From Chloroflexota bacterium (GTDB taxonomy: Bacteria; Chloroflexota; Dormibacteria; CF-121): a stretch of DNA of 52,200 nt. Both the position numbers and the translations under genes were made by a program. The stretch spans positions 16,885 through 69,084 of the forward strand of contig VBHO01000026.1 of NCBI GenBank assembly GCA_005882045.1, in the 5' to 3' direction. Under the pieces are notes generated by a model. It did not search any database and was not told the DNA's origin. It worked only from the letters and a program-made list of their open reading frames with translations. Below, in pieces: positions 17,646 through 26,452 of the stretch (position 1 is the stretch's first letter; the number at the start of each line of letters is the position of its first letter).

Positions 17646-18764
17646 TCAGCCGAGGGTTAGGAGAATTATCGGCTGGGACTTTCCCCGCACGACCGATGGC
17701 CCCAGGCGCCGCAGCGGCACAGTCCCGTTCAGGCGTGATGCGGTTGCTTCGGAGAGGATGCAGTCCACCTCAAAGCGTTTGCAGAGACCTTCCAGGCGCG
17801 AGGCCGTGTTGACGGTGTCGCCGACAGCCGTGAAGTCGCTGCGGCGGCTGATGCCGACTGCCCCGAGGACCACTTCGCCCGTATGGATGCCGATCCCGAA
17901 TCGAACCGGTTCGGGCTGGCCTTCGTTGAGGGTCGCAAAACGCCCGCGGATGGTGCGCGCTGTCTGAACCGCGGGCAGAGCTCCTGCGGTGGGCTCCTCC
18001 ATAACACCAAAGATTGCCATCAGGCCGTCGCCTAGAAACTTATCAAGCATCCCGCCGTTCTCGAACACGGACTCCGCCATCGCTCCTACGTAACGGTTGA
18101 GGTACTCGACCAGGTCGGTCGGCACCAAGGTGTCGGCCAGCTCGGTCGAGCTACGAAGATCGGCGAAAAGCACGGTGACCACCCGTCGCTCACCTCCGAG
18201 AGCGAGCCTGTCGCCCGCCAGCACGCGCTCCACCGCTTCGCTGGCCAGGAACCGCTCGAGCCCGCGCCGACGTTCAAGCTCGGCGAAGCTGGCTCGGAGA
18301 CGGGCGTTGATGCTGGCGTAGATCGAGAACACCAGAAGCACGGCGGCGGTTGTCGCTAATGCGATCAGCGGGACCCATGTGGCGGTCCATTTCCACAGCA
18401 CGGGCCCCACCAGGAAGGGGCTCAGGACGAACCAGATGGGGAAGAAGGCGGCTAACACGGCCACCCCGCTCAACCCGCTCAAGACCACCGGCGGTGGCAG
18501 CGTGGGGAACCGGCGCATCGCGGCGGTGCCAAAGAACCGGAGAACGATCGCCGCGACTAGTCCGCAGGCCAGGTTGCCAACCGGCGCTACGAGAAGCATC
18601 CACCATGGGGAAGACAGACCGGTCGCTGCTCCGACCGTAGCGATTAGGGCACCGTTCAGCACGCCGAAAATGGCGATGGCGAGCGCATAGGGCAGCTGAC
18701 CACGAAACGAGGTGACCTGATAGCCCGAGCGGATATCCGTCTCGCGCAGCAGGGGACCTGCCAT
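17646..18764 (-). CDS. Membrane-anchored class III adenylate cyclase
   Basis: N-terminal TM helices; VTVLFADLRSST, DKFLGDGLMAIFG, GIGIHTG, FTAVGDTVNTASRLE. Confidence 0.9.
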   Translation of the reverse strand: MAGPLLRETDIRSGYQVTSFRGQLPYALAIAIFGVLNGALIATVGAATGLSSPWWMLLVAPVGNLACGLVAAIVLRFFGTAAMRRFPTLPPPVVLSGLSGVAVLAAFFPIWFVLSPFLVGPVLWKWTATWVPLIALATTAAVLLVFSIYASINARLRASFAELERRRGLERFLASEAVERVLAGDRLALGGERRVVTVLFADLRSSTELADTLVPTDLVEYLNRYVGAMAESVFENGGMLDKFLGDGLMAIFGVMEEPTAGALPAVQTARTIRGRFATLNEGQPEPVRFGIGIHTGEVVLGAVGISRRSDFTAVGDTVNTASRLEGLCKRFEVDCILSEATASRLNGTVPLRRLGPSVVRGKSQPIILLTLG

Positions 18765-18791
18765 CAGGCTGACAGGCTAGCCGCTAGATCG

Positions 18792-19190
18792 CTAGGCGCC
18801 AGCCGTTCCGTTGGGGGTAAAGCCCTTTTGGGCGTGGCGCGCGGTGACGACGGTCTTGATGTTGCCGCGGACGTTGAAGTCGCCGACGACCTCCATGTAG
18901 CGAGGGTCCAGCAAGGCGACCAGGTCGTCGAGGATCCGGTTGACCGCCGCCTCGTGGAAGACCTCCTCGTCGCGGTACTTGTTGATGTAAAGCTTGAGCG
19001 ACTTGAGCTCGACCAGCTTTTGGTCGGGGATGTAGCGGATGCGGATGGTGGCGAAATCCGGGAAGCCTGAATCGGGCGCGAGGCAGGTGAACTCCGGGAT
19101 AGTGAAGTGGATCTCGTAGTCGCGTTCCGGCTTGCTATTGGGAACCGCCTCGAGGGTCGACTCCGCAATCATCTTCGCGCCGTATTTCAT
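18792..19190 (-). CDS. queF: QueF-family (preQ1 synthase, unimodular) protein lacking the canonical catalytic Cys
   Basis: [16 protein letters not shown], QueF motif [18 protein letters not shown]. Confidence 0.85.
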   Translation of the reverse strand: MKYGAKMIAESTLEAVPNSKPERDYEIHFTIPEFTCLAPDSGFPDFATIRIRYIPDQKLVELKSLKLYINKYRDEEVFHEAAVNRILDDLVALLDPRYMEVVGDFNVRGNIKTVVTARHAQKGFTPNGTAGA

Positions 19191-19236
19191 GCCATCAATG
19201 CTAACGCCGCGCTACCGGCCGTCTCAACGATGCGCC

Positions 19237-20292
19237 TCAGGGCGTGACAGTGAAGGCAATGCGTGAGCTGGTGACGGTGCCGTCGCCGCTGGTGACCTGG
19301 ACGATGTAGTCCTGGACGACACGGCCGGCCGGCACCTTGACCGTCAGCGTCGACGCGTTCACCAGCGTGGGCTCCAACCCGTCGAAGCCGCCGCTCGGGC
19401 TCGCCAGCGGAATGAATGAGACGCGAAGGGCGTTGCCGTCGATGAAGCCGCTGCCCTGGATCGTTACCAGCACGACTTGCGCCGCCGAGGCGCGGGCAGG
19501 GCTGACGGACTGGATGCTCGGTCCGGCAGACGGTGCGCTGGTCGTGTCGGTCCCGCGCAGGACCAGGTCGCCTGGCAACGGGGCAAGCGGGACCGCGGTG
19601 CCAGCCTGGCGTCGCCATTGCGGGATGTCCGTCAGGGCGACGGTGACGGGCAAGGCCCGCCCGCTCGCCATCAGGATGCCCACGACCTTGCCGCCCGGGC
19701 CCACGATCGGCCCGCCGATGTTGCCGGGCAGGATATCGACCCGCAGCGTCAGTTGGGTATCGCTTCGGTTGAGCACAACGGCTGGGGTCGCTGTGCGCAG
19801 GTTGACGACCTTGGGACTCGCCAGCAGCACCACCGGGTCATCCACCTGGAGACCCGCGGGATCGCCGAATGCCAAGGGGGTGCCGTCATTGCTTGCTCGG
19901 ACGAGCGCGATCCCCAGGTCGGCGTCGATCCCGATGAGGCGCACCGAGTGTGAGCCGCCGGTGTTGTCGACCAGGCGGAGGCCGGCGCTGCCGGTGACGA
20001 CGCTGGCCACGGTGAGGAAGTCACCCTGCGGATCGATGAGAAATGCCGTGGCGAAAGACTGGTCATTGACGATCGTCATCACGCCCTGGAGGTCGCGGTC
20101 GAGCTCTTCGGGCAGCAGCACGGCGGATGGCGGGGCGGTGGGAGTCGGCGTTGCCACGGGCGTGGGACCCGGCGGCACCGCACTCAGCCATTGGCCGGCC
20201 TTCGGCAGCAGGACCGCAATGCCGACCAGCACGAGCGTGATGACCAGCGCCGCGAGCGCCTGGTCCAGCCGGCTCTTCGGAAGACGGGTCAC
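19237..20292 (-). CDS. Membrane-anchored trypsin-like (S1C) pseudoprotease with C-terminal IPT/TIG-like domain
   Basis: TM helix, Pro-rich linker, TAFLIDPQGDFLTVASVV, GIDADLGIAL, PGNIGGPIV; C-terminal PSIQSVSP..VTIQGSGF..LTVKVP. Confidence 0.75.
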   Translation of the reverse strand: MTRLPKSRLDQALAALVITLVLVGIAVLLPKAGQWLSAVPPGPTPVATPTPTAPPSAVLLPEELDRDLQGVMTIVNDQSFATAFLIDPQGDFLTVASVVTGSAGLRLVDNTGGSHSVRLIGIDADLGIALVRASNDGTPLAFGDPAGLQVDDPVVLLASPKVVNLRTATPAVVLNRSDTQLTLRVDILPGNIGGPIVGPGGKVVGILMASGRALPVTVALTDIPQWRRQAGTAVPLAPLPGDLVLRGTDTTSAPSAGPSIQSVSPARASAAQVVLVTIQGSGFIDGNALRVSFIPLASPSGGFDGLEPTLVNASTLTVKVPAGRVVQDYIVQVTSGDGTVTSSRIAFTVTP

Positions 20293-20356
20293 GGTGATTC
20301 AACGAAGGACCGCGGCGCTTTCTTGGGCGCGGCCGGTTACCGATATATTCATGACG

Positions 20357-21499
20357 ATGCGGCTGCGGAATACGGAAACGGGTGTGGTGCAGCCGCTGGA
20401 GCCCACCTACCGGCCGGTCCGTGTCTACGTCTGTGGCATCACCCCCTATGACACCACCCACCTCGGGCACGCCTTCACCTACGTCGCCTTCGACGTGCTC
20501 GTGCGGGCGCTGCGGGCCGGCGGACAACCGGTCCGCTACGTCCAGAACGTGACCGACGTCGACGACGACATCATCCGCCGAGCGCGCGAGCTGAGCACCA
20601 CCTGGGACCGGCTGGCGTCCACCGAGACCGCCCTCTATGAGGCGGACATGGCGGCGCTTAACGTGCGGCCGCCCGATGTGTTCCCCAGGGCCAGCCAGAC
20701 GATTCCGAAGATCATCGACCTCGTCCGCGTACTCGAGGCGCAGGGACATGCCTACCACCGAGACGGCAACGTCTACTTCCGTGTGGGCAGTGTCACCGAC
20801 TATGGGCGCCTCAGCCGGCTCGGTCGCGAGGAGATGATCAAGCTGTCGGCGCAGCGTGGCGCCGATCCGGACGACCCACGCAAGCAGGACCCGCTGGATT
20901 TCGTGCTCTGGCAGGCCAGCGCGCCGGACGAGCCGCGCTGGGAGTCCCCATGGGGCGAGGGACGACCAGGATGGCACATCGAGTGTTCGGCGATGGCGCT
21001 GGAACACCTCGGCGATCAGCTGGACGTGCATGGCGGGGGTGCCGACCTGATCTTTCCCCATCACGAAAGCGAAATCGCGCAGTCGGAGTCGGTCACCGGC
21101 GTCCGGCCGTTCGCCCGCATCTGGGTGCACGTGGGCATGCTGAGCTACCAGGGCGAGAAGATGAGCAAGTCGCTGCGCAACCTTGTGCTCGTCGGCGACC
21201 TGCTTCGGCGCTACGACGCGGACAGCATCCGGGTGTTGTTGCTTCGCCATCACTACCGCGAACCGTGGGACTACACGGAGGACCAGCTGGAGGACGCCGC
21301 CGGGTGGACCCAGCGATTGCGGCAGGCGGCGCTCGGCCCGGGGGACAGCAGGGGGGACAGCCCGCGGGCGGTCCGGGCGGCCCTCGAGGACGATCTCGAC
21401 ACGCCGCGCGCCCTTCGTCTGCTCGAGGATGCGGTCACCGGCGGCGACGGCGGCTGGCGAACCGCCGCGGATCTTCTGGGGCTTCGACTGCGAGCCTGA
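20357..21499 (+). CDS. Cysteinyl-tRNA synthetase paralog, MshC-like cysteine ligase
   Basis: YVCGITPYDTTHLGHAFTY, QNVTDVDD, GRPGWHIECS, HGGGADLIFPHHE, KMSKS; ~380 aa with no anticodon-binding domain. Confidence 0.85.
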   Translation: MRLRNTETGVVQPLEPTYRPVRVYVCGITPYDTTHLGHAFTYVAFDVLVRALRAGGQPVRYVQNVTDVDDDIIRRARELSTTWDRLASTETALYEADMAALNVRPPDVFPRASQTIPKIIDLVRVLEAQGHAYHRDGNVYFRVGSVTDYGRLSRLGREEMIKLSAQRGADPDDPRKQDPLDFVLWQASAPDEPRWESPWGEGRPGWHIECSAMALEHLGDQLDVHGGGADLIFPHHESEIAQSESVTGVRPFARIWVHVGMLSYQGEKMSKSLRNLVLVGDLLRRYDADSIRVLLLRHHYREPWDYTEDQLEDAAGWTQRLRQAALGPGDSRGDSPRAVRAALEDDLDTPRALRLLEDAVTGGDGGWRTAADLLGLRLRA

Positions 21500-21506
21500 G
21501 GAAACG

Positions 21507-21537
21507 AAAAAGGCGCCCGGGTGGCGGGCGCCTTTCT
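21507..21537. terminator. Bidirectional intrinsic terminator between convergent genes
   Basis: AAAAAGGCGCCCG-GGTGG-CGGGCGCCTTTCT. Confidence 0.8.
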
Positions 21538-21558
21538 CAAATGGGGGGAGGGAGCGAG

Positions 21559-22077
21559 TTAGTCGTTTCCTTCGCGCTCGGTCGAGCGGACTTCCGGTTT
21601 CTCGGTGTCCTGCTGCTCGACATCCTGCTTCTCGACGTCTTGCTTCTCGACGTCGGTCTGCTTCGCTTCGGGCTGGGTGGACTCAGCCTTCAGTTCGGCA
21701 ATCGCGGCAGTGTACTCCGCTGTCAGGTTCGCGATCGATTGGCATGCCTCATCGACGATGGCGGTCAGCTGGGCGCTAACAGCCCTGGCGTCTTTCTCGC
21801 CATCTTCGTCGGCGTTTTCGGCGGCCAGCTCGTCGATGCTGCTGTTCGCCTCAGCCGTAATTTCAGCGAGGCCGATCGTGGTCTCGGCATTGAGGTCCTT
21901 GGCCTCGGTGGCGGCTTCACCCGTTAGGGTCGCAGGGTCGGTCAGCACGACCGTGGCTGCGCAGGTCGCAATGGCGGCCTTGGCTGTCGCGGGCGTAAAG
22001 TCGGCAAGGCCCGCCACACTTGTCCACAGTGCGAGGCCGCCGGCAACGATCAGTGCGCCGAATACGTTTCGCTTCAT
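21559..22077 (-). CDS. Secreted acidic hypothetical protein
   Basis: Signal peptide MKRNVFGALIVAGGLALWTSVAGLA; Ala/Glu/Asp-rich helical body with two Cys; repeat tail. Confidence 0.75.
   Translation of the reverse strand: MKRNVFGALIVAGGLALWTSVAGLADFTPATAKAAIATCAATVVLTDPATLTGEAATEAKDLNAETTIGLAEITAEANSSIDELAAENADEDGEKDARAVSAQLTAIVDEACQSIANLTAEYTAAIAELKAESTQPEAKQTDVEKQDVEKQDVEQQDTEKPEVRSTEREGND
21601..21660 (-). repeat. 15-nt coding tandem repeat (DVEKQ-like x4)
   Basis: CTCGACRTCYTGCTT-like units encoding QTDVEKQDVEKQDVEQQDTE. Confidence 0.7.
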
Positions 22078-22188
22078 GCACTCTTATACGCACGCGCTGA
22101 AGCCCATATTCGTAACGATGTCGCGCCCAGGTGACGCCCGGGCTACACGGCGCTGATGAGCGCGCTCCGGCGTGGAAAAGCGCGCGCG

Positions 22189-22608
22189 TTAGGGGATGCG
22201 ATGAACCCGCGGTAACCCTGGCGGGGGGAATGCGGGCAGATCGGCCGGGCCGCGGCGTTCGAGCTCCTCTCGTAAGGCCGCGGTCTCGAGCACCAGCCGC
22301 TCGACATCGATCGTCATGCAGCTTGGCCGGTAGGGCTCCAGCTTGGCGAGTCCATGGCCGAGCTTCGCCACGGCCCCGCGCCAGTTACCGCGCCGCCAGT
22401 GATAGAAGCCGACCCCGACCTGCAGGATCCCCTGGTAGAGGTAGCGAACCGCGTCCGGCTCGTGGATCCAGATGCCCTCGAGCGTCTCGTGCTGCTCGAA
22501 AAACTCTTGCTGGTTGAACTCGTCGATGCCATGCAGAAGGGCATCGGGTGGGGCGCCATCGCATCGGGCGGTGCGGCGGGGCGCCGTCTTTTTCGGGTGG
22601 ACGCTCAT
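22189..22608 (-). CDS. DUF309 domain protein
   Basis: GIDEFNQQEFFEQHETLEGIW..YQGILQVGVGFYHWRRGNWRGA. Confidence 0.85.
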   Translation of the reverse strand: MSVHPKKTAPRRTARCDGAPPDALLHGIDEFNQQEFFEQHETLEGIWIHEPDAVRYLYQGILQVGVGFYHWRRGNWRGAVAKLGHGLAKLEPYRPSCMTIDVERLVLETAALREELERRGPADLPAFPPPGLPRVHRIP

Positions 22609-22633
22609 CGGGGTATCTCCCGATGGGCAACCG

Positions 22634-23860
22634 TCACGCCGAGCTCTGGTTGTTGGCGAGCGAGACCTGGTTCTCATCGCCGTCGGGCGATGCGCCCGGC
22701 AACTCCAGATAGAAGGTTGTGCCCTTACCCTCGAGGCTGTTCGCCCAGGCGCGTCCACCATGCGCTTCGGCAACCCGACGAAGGAGATAGAGGCCGAGGC
22801 CCTGCCCACGCTCGGGTTGCTGGTCGGCGAGCGGAGCGAAGAGTTCCTGCAGCCGATCGGCCGACGTCCCGGGGCCATCGTCTTTCACGATCAGTTGATA
22901 ACGGTCGTGGCTCGCCTGCCGCAGGCGAAGTTGCACCACGGTGGCGCTCCGCGCGTGCTTGAACACGTTGTGGAGCATCTCGTCGAGCGCGGCCTCGAGC
23001 AAGGTGGCGTCGCCCCACACGTCCGTCTGTGTGTCGAGCTGGAGGCGCAGCTCCATACCGACGCCGGCCATCCGCTCGGTCATGCGCCGCGCCGCTTCCT
23101 GGGCGACGGCGACGAGTGAGACCCGGACGGTGAAAGCCAGTTCGAGCGGGAGACGAGAGAGCAGGAGCACCTGGTCCGCGACCCGCATCAGGGTCTCCGA
23201 TTGCTGGGCGAGGCGCTGGGCGACAAGCGGCATCTCGTTCGCGGGGACCTCATTGTTGCGCAGCCGGTCGGCATAGCCGCGGAGGATGGCGAGCGGCTCC
23301 TTGACCTCCTGCGACGCCAGCCGTACGGCCGAGACGGGCGTCCGCGATTGGCCGTTGGTGGGCGTCGATTGCTCCTGCAATCGGGGGGCGAGCAATCCGG
23401 CCACGACCAGCAGCAGATCCTGGTCGTCAGGGGAATAGACTCGCGCGCCTTTGCCCAGCACGGCAAGGGTTCCTGAAAGCTCCCCCATCTTGCCGTGCCA
23501 GTTGGTGCCGAGGTAGCTCACGATGCCCAACTGCGCCCGCATCTCCAGGCTCTTGAATGGCTGACGCTTACCCGCATCGCGAACATTGAGGACGCCACCT
23601 TCGACCTCCTCCTCGACGCTCGCGAACGTCGACTCCAAAGGCAGGCGCAAGCCGGGCTCGATAGCGGGGCCGCTCTCGACGACCGCAGCCATGATCTCGA
23701 GCGTCTCGTCATCGATCTTGCCGAGAAAGGCGGCCCGGCCATCGAGCGCCTGGACCAGGCATGACAGGGCATGATCGACGAGATCGGGAAGGGGCCGATC
23801 GAGATTGGCGACCACCAGGCGGCGGACCACGCTCAGCGAGGACTGGGGGTCAGGGCTCAT
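22634..23860 (-). CDS. GAF-domain sensor histidine kinase-like protein (phospho-acceptor His absent)
   Basis: GAF (LGIVSYLG..GTLAVL), HisKA-like ASQEVKEPLAILRGY, HATPase N/G1/G2 boxes HNVFKH, DDGPG, GQGLGL. Confidence 0.85.
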   Translation of the reverse strand: MSPDPQSSLSVVRRLVVANLDRPLPDLVDHALSCLVQALDGRAAFLGKIDDETLEIMAAVVESGPAIEPGLRLPLESTFASVEEEVEGGVLNVRDAGKRQPFKSLEMRAQLGIVSYLGTNWHGKMGELSGTLAVLGKGARVYSPDDQDLLLVVAGLLAPRLQEQSTPTNGQSRTPVSAVRLASQEVKEPLAILRGYADRLRNNEVPANEMPLVAQRLAQQSETLMRVADQVLLLSRLPLELAFTVRVSLVAVAQEAARRMTERMAGVGMELRLQLDTQTDVWGDATLLEAALDEMLHNVFKHARSATVVQLRLRQASHDRYQLIVKDDGPGTSADRLQELFAPLADQQPERGQGLGLYLLRRVAEAHGGRAWANSLEGKGTTFYLELPGASPDGDENQVSLANNQSSA

Positions 23861-23930
23861 GAAGGGGCGCCCTCGGTTATACCAGTAAGCGGCCCCGGTG
23901 TGGAAAGGCGGCGTGCCATGTTCTTAGAAT

Positions 23931-24818
23931 TTGCCAGCATTGGCTGAGGTATCCAACGGACGCGCGAACCTGCACCTGCACACCATCTTCAGTGACGGTG
24001 AACTCGAGCCGGCCCAGGTTGTGGAAGCCCATGTCGCCGCCGGCTTCACTGCCATCGCGCTAACCGACCACGACACGCTGGCGGGGATCGACGCGCTTGG
24101 CCGCCTCGAGGGACGTCGGCTGCGGATGATTGCCGGCGTGGAGCTGTCAATCGAAGATGAGCCGCGCCGCGGGCTGGTCGACGTACATCTACTCGGCTAT
24201 GGCTTTACCGTCGGCGATCGGCGGTTGCGGCGCCGGCTGCACGAAGCCAGCGAGGCGCGCGAGGCGCAGAAGGTAGAGACCGTCCACCGCCTGGCGGCGG
24301 CTGGATTCAAGGTGACCTGGGATGACGTGCGAGTGCGGGCGCGCGGCAATGTGGGGAAGCCGCACATCGTCGCCTCGATCGAAGCGTCGCAGCCGGGTGT
24401 CGTCCGCGAGGAGCTCTACGCCGCGATGGGACCCGGTGGTGCGGCCCACGTGCCGCGGACAAAAGAGATGTCGCTCGACGAAGGGGTCGACTTGATCGCC
24501 ACGGCTGGCGGCGTCACCGTGCTGGCGCACCCCGGCGTCTACCGGCATGTGCCCGACCTCGAGGTGTTGTTTCGCACCTGCGCCGTGGCCGGCGTCCTGG
24601 GACTGGAGGTGACCTATCCCCAGGCACCCGATGATCCCTACGGGCCGAAGAGCGTGGCCTTGATGGAGCGCTTCGCCAAGGTGGCGGCGTCCTATGGATG
24701 GGTCGCGACCGGCGGCGACGATTTTCACGGGCCCCAGGTGACGCCGCTGATTCGGCTGGCGGGCTGGACGGCGACGCCGGCGACCTGCGTCGACGAGCTC
24801 CTCGCCCGCCGCAGCTAA
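23931..24818 (+). CDS. PHP-domain metal-dependent phosphoesterase (TrpH/YciV-like)
   Basis: LHLHTIFSDG, ALTDHDT, GVELS, VHLLGY, VLAHP, TGGDDFHG. Confidence 0.9.
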   Translation: MPALAEVSNGRANLHLHTIFSDGELEPAQVVEAHVAAGFTAIALTDHDTLAGIDALGRLEGRRLRMIAGVELSIEDEPRRGLVDVHLLGYGFTVGDRRLRRRLHEASEAREAQKVETVHRLAAAGFKVTWDDVRVRARGNVGKPHIVASIEASQPGVVREELYAAMGPGGAAHVPRTKEMSLDEGVDLIATAGGVTVLAHPGVYRHVPDLEVLFRTCAVAGVLGLEVTYPQAPDDPYGPKSVALMERFAKVAASYGWVATGGDDFHGPQVTPLIRLAGWTATPATCVDELLARRS

Positions 24819-26239
24819 CGGGTCGTCAGGAATCGCGTAATCGCTTCGACGACCGCATCGGGCCGGTCGAGCGGAAGGAAATGCCCACCCGGGTCGATGA
24901 CCTCGACCGTCGAGTTGCGGAATTTGCGCTCGAGAACCTCCGCCCAGCGTGGCTCGAGGAAGGCGTCGTTCGCGCCCCATAGGATCAGGGTCGGTGTCTC
25001 GATCTCCTCGATATGCTTCGAGCGCCCGACGAGGTCGCGGTTGTTGAGCGCCCGCGCGGCTCGCAGATAGGCGCGGCGGCCGCCAATATCCTGGAAGGGT
25101 CGCGTCCATTCATCGACGACCTCATCGGTGACGCGGCCCTCCGAGACCATGCCCTTCTGGAGTCCCTCCCGCAAGCCCTTGCGCATGTCGATGTTGACCA
25201 TGATCTGGTCCCAAGCCGGCTCTTTCAATCGCGCGATCACCGGTACCGGCCAGTTGTTGTCGACCGCGCTATCGATCAAAATCAGCCGGGCCACGCGGTC
25301 TGGTTCGTCGACCGTCATCAACTGCGCCACGCCCCCGCCAATGTCGTGGCCGACCACCGCGGCCTGGTGCACGCCAATCGTTTCCATGAAGGCGACGATG
25401 TAGCGCGCTTGCGCCGCGATCGAGAGGTCGGCGTCGAGCCGCTTGTCGGAATCACCGTAGCCGAGCAGGTCGGGGGCCATCACATCGAAGGTTGTGGAGA
25501 GCGGATCGATGACGTCTCGCCAGAGGTAGGACGAGCTGGGGATTCCGTGTAAGAGCACCAGGGGCGGGCCCTGTCCCTGGCGGATGTAGGCGATGTCGCC
25601 TGCGAAGGTTCGGATCTTCCGCTTGCTTCGTGCGAGCGGCGCCATCGTGATGAGCTCGGTCGTCATCGACGGCGAAACGGTCGGCGTCGAGGCGCGCTCG
25701 AGAGGTGATGGCGGCGCGGCGAAGCGGGGCGGTGGCTCGGCGGTCACGGCGGGCGCGGTCTGGGGTGGCGCGGCCGTCGGTGCCACCGGTTGGGTGGCGC
25801 GGCGGGGCAGGATGATGTTCGTCGAGCTGGCGCGCGCAATCAGCTGGTTCTGCTGGTCCAGGACATCGGCCTCGGCCACCGTGACTTGCTGGCCGCGCTG
25901 CACCACCCGGCCGATCGATCGCAGCATGCCTGAATCGGAGGTGACCGCCCTCAAAAAGTTGACGTGGAGCTCCGCCGTGGTGAAGCCCTCACCTGGCGCC
26001 AGCGTGCTGAAGACCGCGAACCCCATCGCACTATCGGCGAGCGAGGTGATCGCCCCACCGTGCACGGTGTTCATCGGGTTGTAGAGCTCGCTGGTCGATG
26101 GCATCTCGAAGGTGGCGCTGCCATCGGCCACCGCGATGAAGCGCATGTTGAGCAGCCGCACGTAGGGCGGGGGAGGGGCCGCACCACGCAGAGCGGCTTC
26201 GAGCAGGTCACGGCCGGACGGCTCCGCCGGTGCGGCCAT
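24815..26239 (-). CDS. Fusion of a PaaI-family hotdog thioesterase and an alpha/beta hydrolase
   Basis: NTVHGGAITSLADSAMG..TTAELHVNFLR; Pro-rich linker; LLHGIP, DLLGYGDS, GHDIGG, GGHF. Confidence 0.85.
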   Translation of the reverse strand: MAAPAEPSGRDLLEAALRGAAPPPPYVRLLNMRFIAVADGSATFEMPSTSELYNPMNTVHGGAITSLADSAMGFAVFSTLAPGEGFTTAELHVNFLRAVTSDSGMLRSIGRVVQRGQQVTVAEADVLDQQNQLIARASSTNIILPRRATQPVAPTAAPPQTAPAVTAEPPPRFAAPPSPLERASTPTVSPSMTTELITMAPLARSKRKIRTFAGDIAYIRQGQGPPLVLLHGIPSSSYLWRDVIDPLSTTFDVMAPDLLGYGDSDKRLDADLSIAAQARYIVAFMETIGVHQAAVVGHDIGGGVAQLMTVDEPDRVARLILIDSAVDNNWPVPVIARLKEPAWDQIMVNIDMRKGLREGLQKGMVSEGRVTDEVVDEWTRPFQDIGGRRAYLRAARALNNRDLVGRSKHIEEIETPTLILWGANDAFLEPRWAEVLERKFRNSTVEVIDPGGHFLPLDRPDAVVEAITRFLTTR

Positions 26240-26452
26240 CGCCACGCCATTGTACGGCCGGGCCACCACCCTGAGCACCTGAACGGTTTTGGTCTCTCCG
26301 TGACGCGACTTTTGGTTACGGCGCCCGCGTAACGGCCGCGTGACGGTCGTGTGATACATCGTCGCGCCGATGCAAGCCATCGTCACTAAGAACAGTTGGT
26401 CTTGTGTAGGCCGCGTCGACCTGCAATTAGGGGAAAGAAAAGGGGGACTTTT

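Noticed and set aside
19337-20356. Apparent 340-aa N-terminal extension on the CysRS/MshC-like ORF (720 aa in the track)
   Set aside because: It is the antisense of the pseudoprotease gene; ligase homology begins at ~20357 behind a -10 box.
26290-26452. Possible c-di-AMP (ydaO) riboswitch upstream of the LysM-CHAP gene
   Set aside because: Conserved GCTGAA, GGGGTGAAT and GTCAGCTAAC elements are absent.
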